Assembly (NCBI RefSeq): GCF_009914755.1
Contig: NC_060928.1
Source: the human T2T-CHM13v2.0 reference genome, Homo sapiens
Reading direction: 5' to 3' (one strand)
Length of the DNA stretch: 64,000 nucleotides
This document shows, piece after piece, positions 14,050 to 26,900 of this stretch. A program made the position numbers and the translations under genes. Within the stretch, counting starts at the first letter, position 1, and each line of letters starts with the position of its first letter. Below the pieces are notes generated by a model that saw nothing but the letters and a program-made list of their open reading frames with translations, was not told the origin of the DNA and made no database searches.

Positions 14050-14325
14050 GTTCTCACTTGTAAGTGGGAGCTAAATGATGAGAACACATGGACACCTAGA
14101 GGGGAACAACATACTCTGGGGCCTTTCAAAGAGGGGAGGAGGGGTGGAGGGAGAGGATCAGGAAAAATAACTAATGGTACTAGGGTTAACACCTGGGTGA
14201 TGAAATAATCTGTACAACAAACTTCCATGACACAAGTTTGCCTATGTAGCAAAACTGCACTGGTATCCCTGAACTTAAAAAAAAAAGTTAAAAAAAATAT
14301 TTAAATGAAAATTAAAAAAAAAAGT
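14050..14325 (+). mobile_element. L1PA (older, PA13-16-like) 3' UTR fragment
   Basis: GTTCTCACTTGTAAGTGGGAGCTAAATGATGAGAACACATGG...CCCTGAACTTAAAA followed by an A tail. Confidence 0.88.
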
Positions 14326-15483
14326 CTTCTATGCTAGGTTAAGGAATTTAATCTCTAGCCTGAAAGGGAATGTTTCTGTCTGCTGTACAATGAGTGAGTG
14401 AACTGTACAGTTTGATCTATTACATTGACTGCTGTCTTCACTGAAAATATTTGTATCATTGTCAAGGCAGAATAATAAAACTTCAATGTTAAAATTACCT
14501 GAAGTTACCCAGAATGAGATTGCCATTAGCATTTTTTTCTTGCTTTATGCATTGCAATTAAAAAGAAACATAGAGTATGTTGAGTTGTTATTATTTTTGG
14601 AAAAAACTCCTTCTATCTTGCCAGTTTTCTTTAAAACATACCAATATGTTTGTTTGGAATATATTTTCCTAGATGAGTACTGAAAATATATACCCCAAAT
14701 TAAAGAAAACTCTGAGAAGCAAGCCAAGTGCATTTCTGATGGCAACTCTTCTTTCTCCTAGTAAGCCTTCTCCCCTCACTCTCATGGTTATTCCATGGAC
14801 ATATCTTTGCATACATTTTATTATTTTGCAATTTTATATAATGTATCTTGTTGTGGCCATTGAGGAATACTATACTTTCTGAGAAGGTTGTTTTTGCCTT
14901 CTTCTAAAGGGGGAAATCATCCCCAGTTTAAATAATGAGTAAGCGAGAAGTCCTTAGATATGGACCAGAACATAGATAGTGGATATGAATGCAGTTAGGC
15001 ATGACAGTGTACTTTTGTCTCTCTTTGATTCTCATATTGTTGGATCTCACTTTAGAAGCATAAATGTTCTTGTAGGTTCTGTTAGGTTGAGGAACACAGA
15101 AGATACCTTAGGGTTCTCTAGAAAAATATGCCTGAGAATGGATTAAAGTGTTAATTCTTTCTTTGTGAATTACAAGCCCAGGGCAGTGAAGTTAAGGAAA
15201 AAAATAAGTGAGGCCAGGAAAGGAGCAAATTGAAAGAAGTGATACATGACTGCACTGGTTACTGCTTTATAATGAACTGCAAAGAAGTGTTGTAGGAGAC
15301 TAAGGACTCTCTTAGAAGAGCTGCAAAAAAGATCTGCACCTTGAAAGGGGAAAAAGAGAGGGGATTTGTCCATTTTTACCCTTATGTGTCACATTTCTCA
15401 TGAATCAAGATGCATCCCATAGAAAGCTGACTTCCCTTTCTTCATCTTGCTAACCACACCAGAAGCCAGATCCTAGGACCTGC

Positions 15484-15528
15484 AGTCTGGCATTTAATGC
15501 AAGTCTGGCATTTAATGCAAGTCTGGCA
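15484..15528. repeat. 18-bp tandem repeat x2.5
   Basis: AGTCTGGCATTTAATGCA twice, perfect, plus AGTCTGGCA. Confidence 0.9.
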
Positions 15529-16569
15529 CTGCAAGCGAAAGAAAGAAGAAAGTGATGGAAGGTGAACTGAAAGGAGGTATGAGTGTTGTGTCCAACAGAG
15601 AAATGCTCTTCCATCTGGAAGAAAGCTAAGTAAGAAGGTGTATATGTATCTGATATTGTACGGAAATACAGTAAATGTGTCTGATACTGTACTGATAGTG
15701 TACCTGTGGAAAATAAATGTATAGGAAAAAACAATCTTGACACATTTTGTGGCAAGATTGGGTACCACAGGTACCCCAATGGCTATTTTTCTGCTCCAGC
15801 ACTCTTTAAAGCAAAAACACAGATTCAGAGGTTAATATGGAAAGCAATCTTAATCCAAATGCCAGCAAAGGAACCTTGGATGTATGCAGGCTAGTAAAGC
15901 TTTCTTTTACTTATTTCAGAAACTGCCAAATCAGGAACTGTGAATCTATCTTCCAAAGCTTTTTTCTATGCTAACATTCTTTAAAAAAAAAAAATAGTCC
16001 AGCACAAAGCAAACAAAGCTGTCAATGCCTCTTGCTTGTTACGGAGTTATGGAGAAACATGAGAGATCCATGGAGAATTATCTCCCAGCAAAGGATGGGA
16101 AGTTGAATTTGCAAGAAAAACCCATTTGTCTATAAATTAAAGGCATGTTCTCCAGACATGACTTTCCGTTCTCCAGTTTTCTTTTTCTTTTTTTTGGTTA
16201 CGAACATAATGTTTAATACCCATCTGTGTGATACCTGTATTTCTCCCCGAGGTGGTTCTGTGCAAACATTTTATATGGACTTCAGGTTTCCTTGGACACC
16301 TCTGAACCCAATGTTACTTATTCTTTGCTAACAGCTATGAATGGATCTCTCAAAATGGCTGTCCAGTGATTTAATTGTCATATTTATCCCTTCTCAAATC
16401 TACTCTCAGGAAAAGTTTTTATATGTGCATTTGCCTCAAGGTGTAAATGACTGAATAGACTTAGCATGCCAAACTCTTCATTGGCTCATTTGCATTTAAA
16501 CAGATGAAAAATTTAAAACCAAGGATCAATCAGCAAGTAGCAAAGGTTTAGGGGAGAAAAATAAAGCTA

Positions 16570-16815
16570 ACTCTTATTGAGCTCTCCGTACAACCTGTAT
16601 TACTTTAATTACTTGACCTGTATTAACTGTTTTGACTTGTGTCATCCTTGTAATAATCTTATGAGGTAGATACTATTAATAGTCACATTTTCAGGAAGAT
16701 ATAATTAACACGTGAAGAAACAAAAGTCCATAGAGATTCACTAATTTATTGAAGAGTCTTTCCAGAGCTAGTTAATGATTGAACTAAGAATTGAACCCAA
16801 ATGCCCTTTCTTCAG
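16570..16815 (-). mobile_element. MIR fragment
   Basis: CTTATTGAGC...ATGAGGTAGATACTATT...TTGAACCCA matches the reverse MIR layout. Confidence 0.6.
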
Positions 16816-17849
16816 CACCTGTACAATCAATAAACACAACACGATGCTTCAGGAAAGGCAAGAGAAAAAAGAAAGCAAGTTTTTATGCCTTTTCTAGAAA
16901 TAACACCACATTGGCATATTATTTGTCTACTTCCAATGCTAGTTCAGCCTTATAGGAGAGTATGTGAGTGTGTCTACGTTCATATTAGGAAATGCAGTAA
17001 GTCTGTCTTCACAAACCTTGCTTCTATCAACAATCACCCAACAGAATTAATAAGCACCAATGTTTCTCTATATGTCCCTGAAATAAAATTTCCCTGTTAT
17101 ATTATGTACTAAATTTAACTGGAGAATAACTGAGTAAAATCATGAGTTTTGAAAGAAATTTACAGATTGAAAGTCATTATTTCAGTACTTGATGGCAGTA
17201 ACCTCCTCCTGGATTTTCACTTCTACTTTTTCAAAGAATATTCTCTCATTATCTAGCTGTATTTGGTACAGAATGGGAGGCTGTTCTAAAAATCAACAGT
17301 TAAAAACCCTAGAAATAATGCAGAACACTACTGCAAATAAATAGGTAGTGTTGCTCATATCATTTCTATCATATTTGTTTCCTAAAAATGCCACAATACA
17401 TATTTCTGAAATAAAATATAGACTGAATGAGCAGCTCTTAGAAGGTAACAATACAGTGGGCTTTTTAAGAAAAAATATTAAAATAATTTAACTGAGTAAA
17501 AAGCATTAAGCTTCATTTTAATATGTCGACATCAACCTTATATAATCTTTCACTGTTCCTCAATCAGAAGTAAAAGCACTGAAAAACTATGTTTTATGTA
17601 AATACAAGAAAAGTTAATATTGCATAACTAGAAATAAAATCTTCAGTACTTTTATCCACAGAGATAATCAGGTTGGAGAGTAGTAGCTCCTTCACTAAAA
17701 TAACTAAGGGGTTTATGCAATGATAATTATTTATAATAACCATCTCTGCATCTCTTTCTTTCTTCTTTGTACTCTTATGAAAACATTGCTTGCATAAATA
17801 TATAATGTGGTCAAACTGTATATGTAAGTATTGTTCCAGGGGCCACAGC

Positions 17850-18016
17850 TCTAGCTAACAATCAGAATCATTCATTTTCAAATGGTTTAAAATACCGAAT
17901 CTCAGGATCCATTCCACCCACGCGGACTCAGAATATCCAGCATTTGGCCCAGTGAATTTAAATACATAAGAAACCTCTTTAGACAATTCTGATGATCAGC
18001 AGATTGGGAGACTCTG
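17850..18016. mobile_element. MER5A-like hAT-Charlie MITE, degenerate
   Basis: ATCAGAATCA...ACTCAGAAT...GGCCCAG...ATTCTGATG...GGGAGACTCTG. Confidence 0.5.
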
Positions 18017-18420
18017 TAACTAGGTTAATACATTTAAGAATTCTGTTAGACATGTTTATACTTCAGTCATAAGAAATGTGAATTTCTGCTTCATTATTGT
18101 TCACTAAGAAAGACATCCAAAATTGGCCACCATAGTAAATATAAGAGGCCTTGAAATGCACACATTGTTGTGAATTTTAAGCACAACGTATTTTACTGAT
18201 AGGCAGAATTAGGGAGATGACTATTTAAACTAATAGATATTTTAATTGATAATAGAATTATATACATAGATAGCACCTAATAGATTTATTGGCAAGCCTT
18301 TCATACCTACCCAATACTTGTCTATATCTAGTCTTTAGGTTTTACATACATGGGGGAAAAAAAGTTCATCTAACTTTTTGCAAAAACATATTATCATGGA
18401 AATTTAAACTTAAAAATCTT

Positions 18421-18745
18421 GACTGGGTCCAGTTGCTCAGGCCTAAAATTCTAGCACTTTGAGAGGCCAAGGCGGTAGGCTCACTTGAGGTTAGGAGTTC
18501 AACATTAGCCTGAGCAACATAGGGAGATCTCATCTCTACAAAATATATATATATATATTTTATTAAAATATATATATATATTTTAATTATCTGGGCATGA
18601 TGGTGCATACCTGTAGTTCTAGCTGCTTGAGAAGCTAAAGCGAGAGAATTGCTTGAGTCCAGGAGTTTGAGGTTACAGTGAGCTATGATGGCACTACACT
18701 CCAGAGTAGGTGACAGAGAAAGACTGTCTCAAAAAAGAAAAAAAA
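18421..18745 (+). mobile_element. AluJ with (TA)n-expanded linker
   Basis: Diverged arms with J-type features (CAACATAGGGAGA; GAGTTTGAGGTTACAGTGAGCTATGAT). The linker is replaced by TA repeats. Confidence 0.92.
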
Positions 18746-20883
18746 TGTGTCAAGCCATGCAAGCAGACACCACTAAAACTAGCTAACAGAACATGTGATA
18801 GTCAATGAGATGGGCATCACAATAAAAATGATTTATGTGGTTTATTAGACATCTTGAGAAATAGACAATGTATGTTAAATTTGAGGAGGGTATGAAACTA
18901 CCTCTCATTATAGATGTTGTTTATATAGATGTCAGTCTAGTATGGCTATGAGTTAATAATGCTGCATCTTATCGAGAATTGCTTTCAATAATCGCATTTT
19001 TACTAATCACATTCATTGGCAGTTAGGTATGTTACTTATTCATTCATTCTGTCACTCAGTAAAAGCTATACTTCAGACAAATATGTACCTACAACTGTGC
19101 TAACTGTAGTACATAAAACACCTGTCGTGCCTGCTTTCAACAACTTTCCACCTAGTAAGGTGAATATAAAAGCAATAATTTATCCAAAAGATCAGGCAAT
19201 TACAGGTGTGACAAGTGCTGCAAAAAAAAAGTTGCTAAGAAGGTATCAATAGGTGACAGAAAAAATATAAGGAAGTTCTAGAAATCCTCCATGGTAATTG
19301 GCATTCAAACTAATTAACTGAGACTCTGAAGAAAACAGGATTTAGCCAATTGAGGAATGAAGGGAAGGAAACACTGCAGAAGGAGCAACACAGTGCAATG
19401 GCGAGTGAGATGTGGGCAGGGTTGAGGGAGACTCGAAACGTCACCCTCACCTAGGGTTTGAGCAGCGCCTGCCAGGAGAGATGGTCAAATCAATCAGACG
19501 TGGAAGGGCCTTTCCTAGTTTTCCTTTCTCTCTCCCCTCATCCCTGCTCCCTTTGATCCTTTCCCATATGAACTTTTGTCTCAAGTTTTGCTTTTGGAGG
19601 AAACATAGATTTTAAAGTTATCTCATTAAGATTTCAATAAAATTTGGGAAAGTATATTCACAGGCACAAGCATTAAGCATAGATAATTTCCAAGCATTCA
19701 TATTTAAAATGTGTCCTTTCTATCATTTAAATGACTTTTTCCAGTGTGCATGCCAGTAGTAACAAAAATAATAAAATCATAAAAATACGTGAAGAATTTT
19801 AATTCCATTGATGTTGAAATACAGCTTTGAGGTATTACAAGAGATGGGGACATTACTTTAACGCATATATCATCTGCATTACCAAGAAATAATTTGGACT
19901 AACATTGTCTGTATATGCAAGTAAAGTAAGTAGACCAGACTCTTGAATGAGGAAAATCCAAACCAGACCAATGCTCACCTGCTATCCTAGCCAAGATTGG
20001 TTAGGTTTTTGCAGTGAGCCCTATCTTATAATGCTCTAATATTATTAAACTTCATTTTCATATCCTTTTAGTAACGCCCTTAAGCTTTGCAAAGTCAATT
20101 AGAGAATGTCCATTAGCTGAAAAATATATTTTTAATTACATGATTAAATAAGTTCACACACTAGAGATAATGGTGCAAAATTTTTCTGTGCATTGTCTCT
20201 TGACATCTATATCTCTCTTAAATGGTATTAGGCAGAACTTCTTTCTCTGTCATAACTCCTCTTCCTCCCAGTCTCTCTCCAAGCTGTTTCCCTAGATCTT
20301 GTATCCCACTGTTCTACAACAATGAAGACTATCTCATAGTTCTGCCCTCAGCTACTGGACTAGGCTTTCAGTATAAAGATTGCATCAGTTTTCCCTTGGA
20401 TGAAGACTGGTGGTGTGACCAATCAGAGGATCTGCACATAGAAGGAGTGAAAGAGAAAAACAGCTTGCCTTGTTCAGCTTTGGAATGACAGATATGAAAT
20501 ACAGAGATACATTGCTTACTATATTGTCTGTCTTATTGCAACATTCTTTTTGTTATTCTAGCTTGTAATGACCCTTGTACTGGAGTATGAATGAATAAAT
20601 ACCCAACACATGGAAGAGAAAGGGGAGAAAGAAAATATGGTCCTATATAATTGCCTCCAAGTGGAATCCTTTGGATACTCACGAAAAAACATCAATTTCC
20701 TTAGAGAATATGGAGGCCCTGGAGATAATCCTTGATTTATCTAGATTGCCTTTAGAGGGCACAACCTGCTCATTTTAGGTTGATGAGATATTGGGTGCAT
20801 CTCCTAGTGCCCTCAGTTAGGTATTGACATTTGCTCCTTCATTTCATAATTCAAAATTTACCTCTACCCTCAATACCATTTTT

Positions 20884-20928
20884 CATGCTTTATACAATTT
20901 TCCATGCTTTATACAATTTTCCATGCTT
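20884..20928. repeat. 19-bp tandem repeat x2.4
   Basis: CATGCTTTATACAATTTTC twice plus CATGCTT. Confidence 0.9.
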
Positions 20929-23900
20929 GACTTCTAGACATATCACCTAGTGTTTCAGTGTCAGATGATGAGAACTGAAATTGAGTTCTGAGGAAGGTGG
21001 CTCATTTTTGTACAAGTAGAAGTTATCTTGTCACTGCTGAAGGTTTGAGAGCACCAGGTTCCTGCCCCTAAACAGTTCACTCACCCTCTTATTTACTATC
21101 TATATTTCACATATACATTTCTAGAAGGGAAGGCTAGCTTGCTTTTATGTCCCTGCTTGAGCACCATGGGATAACCTAGTTATGACTGTGCCCTGCAGAT
21201 GGAAGTTCCAATGCCAGCCAGATATCCCAGAGTGAAATCACTGGGAGCTTGGCATAATCTGAAAAAATAACTCATATTTATTTAAATATATTTGAATCTA
21301 ATTATCCAAATATATTTATCTTTAAAGTTGGTGCAACAAGGCCAATGTGTAAGAAATCTTTTAGAGAATTTTGTCCAATATATATGTCCTCCAGAACAAA
21401 GAGAAGAGGAGAGGAGATATGGAGGAAGCTATCTCGTTTACTATCATGCAGGCAGTTGCAGCCTAAAGTGCATGCAGAGATTAACGAGAGATAGATGGCT
21501 TTCACTGAGGGATACCTGAGAGATTCCGAACTCAGACACAGCAAGTATAGCAGAGATGGGGAGCCAGTCACAGTATGGAAAATGGAAGGGAGTATAGGCT
21601 AAAAGTCTCTAAAGGATTAATTGGCTCTCGCTGCGCAAAACTGAGAGCATTCAAGTAGCCGATCTCACCTACTCCTATTCCATAGCCAGGAGTCAGTTTG
21701 GGATTATAGAATCTACGATGTTGAAATACAGAGACTCAGAGCTTTTAGTCACCAGATGATAGAAGTGAGACAGTTTAAAATGTGCAATAATTAATAATCT
21801 TTATAAAAAAGTATAGCCAAATCTTAAGCCCCCTGTTACTACACTGACCAGAAAACATCTAAAACAGACATATTGGGAAACCAGCTCATCTCTAGTTTAA
21901 TCAATAGACTCTAAGTTAAAACAAAACCAAACCAAAACCAAAAAACTCAAGTCCAGAAAGAGGGCAAAGGAATTGTGGGGGTTATTTTTCATTGTTGTTG
22001 TTTTTAATTAGGGGGATTGTCTTCAACAACCTGATTATCTTTCCTTAATTTTGAGTGTGCAGATTGAGCAATATCCCTGTTTGTTGCTTGAGAGACACAA
22101 TGTACTATTAACCATCTCCACTATCTCCATAAGTCTCTGTAGGTCAAATCCTCTTGGCTGCCACTTTGACCTTGCCACTCATTGCAATAATTGCCTCCAC
22201 TGTTAAATGCTGAAACCTGGCTTCTATCGAGGAAAGGGGCGGGAGTGAGGCTTCAACCAACTTCCTTGCTTTTGTAGCCCAGGCTTTCAATGGCATTTTC
22301 TTCTGTCAGCCTGTCCTGGAGAGCAGAGCCACCACTGAACTTAATGATGCTAGTGCGCCTCTCAGAGCTAATGCATCAGCACTTTGAAAAATAATGTGTC
22401 CTTCAGGAGACATAGTGAAACATAGTTTTGGGGAGTTTTTACAACCTTCCATAACATATTACTTTAACACATACAGACCAACATGAACATCTCAATTATC
22501 TTCTTCCACAGTCTGTAATGCTAAATCAGGCATTTTTATCTTACTTAGTCTGGACTATGATTTTTCCATGCATCTCTGGGATATCCTAACAGTGTGTTTG
22601 AATAGTTTCTCAGGGTCCTTTCTGGGGTGTTAAATCCTGCATCTGGAGAGGGTCCTTTCGTGTTAATAAACTACCTTTTATCCCAAATCAAGTTAAATTT
22701 CTCTTTGTTTAGTTTTTTAGGACCGTAGTCCCTTTTCTCCTTCTGCAGATCCAGCACATCCCCAGATGAGTGACATTGTGACTTAACCCATTTATTGGCT
22801 GTGTGTGGGCAGATGTTGAGGGAGTGCATGTTATATTACAGATGAGAGACATCTGCATCATCTGCAGGTAATAGTAGAGCTCCAGCCATTAGCATAGAGA
22901 AGTGGGCTACTTCTGCAGGCTCACAGGGTTCAGGGAAGTGTGTGCGTTCAAGAATTTGATGCATCAACACCTGCATCGGTCTCCCATTCTTTCAAAGGCA
23001 GGGCCCTGACTTTTACATAGCACACCTATCTTGATTGAGAGCTTAACCTCTGTTGGATCTTTCCCTACTTTTCTGCTGTAAGAGATGAGTGCCCCTTTAT
23101 AGGCAAACAAGGAGGGCTTTAATGTTTATACTTGGCTTCTCATAGCCAATCATCTTCTGCTTTTATTTACCTTTTAATCATAGCATCGATTGAGTAGAGT
23201 AAAACCACTGAATTCTGTTGCCTTTACAGTTGCTATTTCGTTCATAATTCTCTACCCTCCACACAAAAGTTATAGCCTATCCAGAGTCCAGTTGTTCCAC
23301 AACTGGATGTTTATTCAGAATACCTGATCAGCCACAATGCTAAGGAAGGCACACATAGACACTACCCTTCTCTTACCCTGGGTCACTCCAACCTATCCTT
23401 TACATCTCCCCAAAAATGCCCATTCCTCAAGGAAGCATGTAAGCTGTCATTCACATATTTTCCTCCCACAGAATTACATGTATCCTCTACCATAGTGCCA
23501 AATGTGTTACCTTGCAGTTGCCTGGATATTCATCTTTATCTGATACTCTGATAGAAGCAACTTGAAGTTAAGCACCATGTCTGTCTTGCTCATTGTTTGT
23601 TATAATTCTAGCATGAAGCGTGGCGCCAGCAACCTAAAAGATAATCAATAAAAGCTTGTTTAAAAAAAAAAGTCAGTACAGCTTAGTACTGTAGTTTTCT
23701 ATTATTTAGATGTCCTTGATTGAGTTCATAGAAGAATTCATTAAATTTGATGATAAAATCTCTTTATGTACTGGTATTGTGACTAGATATCCTCTAAAGC
23801 TACTTTTTTAGAGTCCGCTATATATATCATATAAATGTCATCTGTCATCATATTTATTAAATTTGCAGAATCCTAATTAATTTTTATTTAGAATCTGCCG

Positions 23901-26900
23901 GCATTGTCACCATTGTTTAAAAATATACTGCTCCTTGTATTATCTAAAATGGCACTGTGATGAACTGGCTGTCTTACTAATTTTCTCCAACTGTCCAATG
24001 AGTCATATAGAATTTCCTGTCAAAATCTTTCATCTCATTTTTACCAACTAAATGCTCAAACTATTGACATCATTTATGTAAATGGAAAGATGTTTAAAGT
24101 GAGTTGAAAGCTAGTAAAAGCTAGCCCATTTTATAAGTTACAGTTATTTAGGATAGAATCTCCACAGACAATTTCAATAAGGACAATTTTATTCTCTTAT
24201 TTAATACTGTTACACACTCACTCTCTATGTCTCTATGTATGTATATATGCATGTATGTGTGTCTGTGTATATGTGTATTTTATTTATATATATGGATATA
24301 TACACACAGGGGCTCAATCACATAGGATAAAAATAATATTTTCCATCTTTAACAGACACTCTGAAACCTCTTTAAACTGCTTTCTGATGTGCCTTTTTAT
24401 GAAACACTGAATCTATCCTACATTGTGTGGTGAGAATGTCTATTCTGGCATTGCTTATTGCAACTAACAACTATAAATCTTGATGCCTACCCTTCTTTTA
24501 TTTATCTTAGGTCAAATCACCCTATAAAAGCTGGCTTCTGGAATTTTTTCTTTTTTTCTCTACGTAAGCCCTGTGGAGAATTTCAAAGTTTATCACGTCT
24601 AAAATATAATCATCACTGTTTTCCAGGAGACCATGGTTACATCCCATACAGATTATGATTTAGATTTGCTGGTAATGAAACTGCTGAGGAAAATGGAACT
24701 AGATGTAATGTCAAAAGTAGCTCTAAATATATTAGATACATACAAGTGAAATCCTAATTTACACTGCAGATCATCAATTTGTTCTAGCCATAGAAGCCAC
24801 ATCATCAACATGCTTTGCTATTGTCCTGAAGGGCATGTTGACCTATTTGATTTAATTTTCTGTTCTGCCAGTTAAAGCTTTCTTTGACCAATATTTAACA
24901 AAATCTTCAGTTGGGATTTATATGGTTTAGCTTTTCTCCATAAAATGCAACTACACTATATAGTTTAGTTTACTTAGTTTGACTGCTCTTCAGGTTTAAC
25001 ATTGATCTGCTTCTAAGTCCAAGACAAAATTATCTTCCTCTTATAGGTTTTTCTGTGTGAAATTTAAGACAATATGGTTATTCAGCAAAACGACTATCTG
25101 AAAGAGCTGTGAAGATGAAATTGTGTTATTTTAAATTGATCTCAAAGGTTAAGAATAATATTTTCAACGGAGCATCTAAATATGTCATTTTTAAAAAGCA
25201 TGAATGAATTAATAATTTGAATGAATGATGCATTTTTTAGAGTGGATATATCATATACATCATTGATACATAGTAGTGGTGCCATAGATTTTGTGTGTTT
25301 TGTTTTTTTTTTTAATTTCTAACACGGCTGTAGTGCCACCTCTGGGAACTCCTTAAGATATCAACAGTTAGAATATGGAACTCAGTCTATGTAAACTCAG
25401 AAGTTTACAGAGACTGTTTGATCTCGGGAAAAGAAAACAAATTTTATTAGAAGGCATACTAAGATACAATAAAATTCAGTGAAGTTAGGCACACTTAGTG
25501 ACATGGACATTAACAGAGACCTAGTCTTACATATATTAGCCTGTACCGTCCTGAAATTTACCATATTAAACAGTCATATTTATGATAAGTAAATCTCTGA
25601 TTTAAAATCTCTGTTTTAAAATAATTCCTGTATTTAGATGGATAAAAATGAAAATTGAGGAACTCTTTAATTAGAAGGTACACATTTCATTTTGTGTGGT
25701 GGTGAATCCTGGAATAATATGTGTAAGCCACATGAAACCATTGGATGTCTTCCTATGTGCTAATTGTCCAAGATCAAGGGCTATACTGTGTCAGAATTCT
25801 TATGAACTAAAACTATTGACTCTAGAGATTTTGGACTTTTGTAGCCCCTATTTTTGAGCTAACTTATAGGTTCCAAGGCTTTTGTTTCCCTGGACTATTT
25901 TATCTACCGACCGTACCAAGCTCTACAGAAAATGAAGAAATCAAAACTAAAAAGAGCTTATCCCATCTCTGTTAATCAACTGGTAAGATATTCAAACGAC
26001 TCAAATTTGACCCACAAGCTCTTAAAATGTAACATGTTTATTTAGATTATAGTGGTTAGACAAAATAACGTAATGCAGCCATCGGTTCCCTGCTTACTTT
26101 CTGGGATTCACTGTCCACTTCTCCACAATATTAGCAAATGGGTAGCTCAGTGCTTAAGTGATGGCTTCTGAGCAGCAAGTGACCAAAGCCCAGTTCCTCT
26201 TTCAGTCATTGTTAGAAAGCACTGACTTTGGAACTTCTTTGTCCTTCATGTTTCCCCACAAAGGACTATATAGATATAGTTAATCCTTGGCCCCTTAACA
26301 TGCACTAAGGCTGCTTAACATTAGCTATTTGGCATGCTTTTTATGTAACACACAATTATCTGGCAAAAGTCACTCTATAAAGCATAAGTAACATGTTTAT
26401 ATTACTATTATCAGAAATGACATCAGTGCACAAAACAACTTTTATGGTCCAGTTAACAAATTTCAATACAACCAACACCATAATTTAGAAGAAAATCCCC
26501 CAAACCATGTATATTATAAATAATTCTTCATAGCTTGCCTCCCTGCTGTATTATTACTGTTTACCTAATGACAAAACAAATGAGTTTGAATTTGTCTCTA
26601 GATTTAGTGTAGGAGCTAGCCACAAGATATCTTATATTTAAATATAGCAAACTAAGTAAATTAACACTCATACTTTAGAAAGTTTAATACAAATCTCTTA
26701 AACATGCCAGTAGTATATTCACAGGCATGAGATATGTAATTCCCAAAGTCAGTTACCTTAGGGTATATTCATCTCAAAATTTTAATTATAGAAACAATAC
26801 AGTATACTTTGAAATTGTTAAATAATGTAAGCTATGTGCACCTGACAATTCACAAATAGTGTATTATGTTTTAAATCCCTAAAGATTTTATTTCAAATAG

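Noticed and set aside
15080-15450. Possible old ERVL LTR fragments here and at ~19400-19620 and ~8560-9010, plus scattered L2 pieces
   Set aside because: Too diverged to assign family or boundaries without an HMM search.
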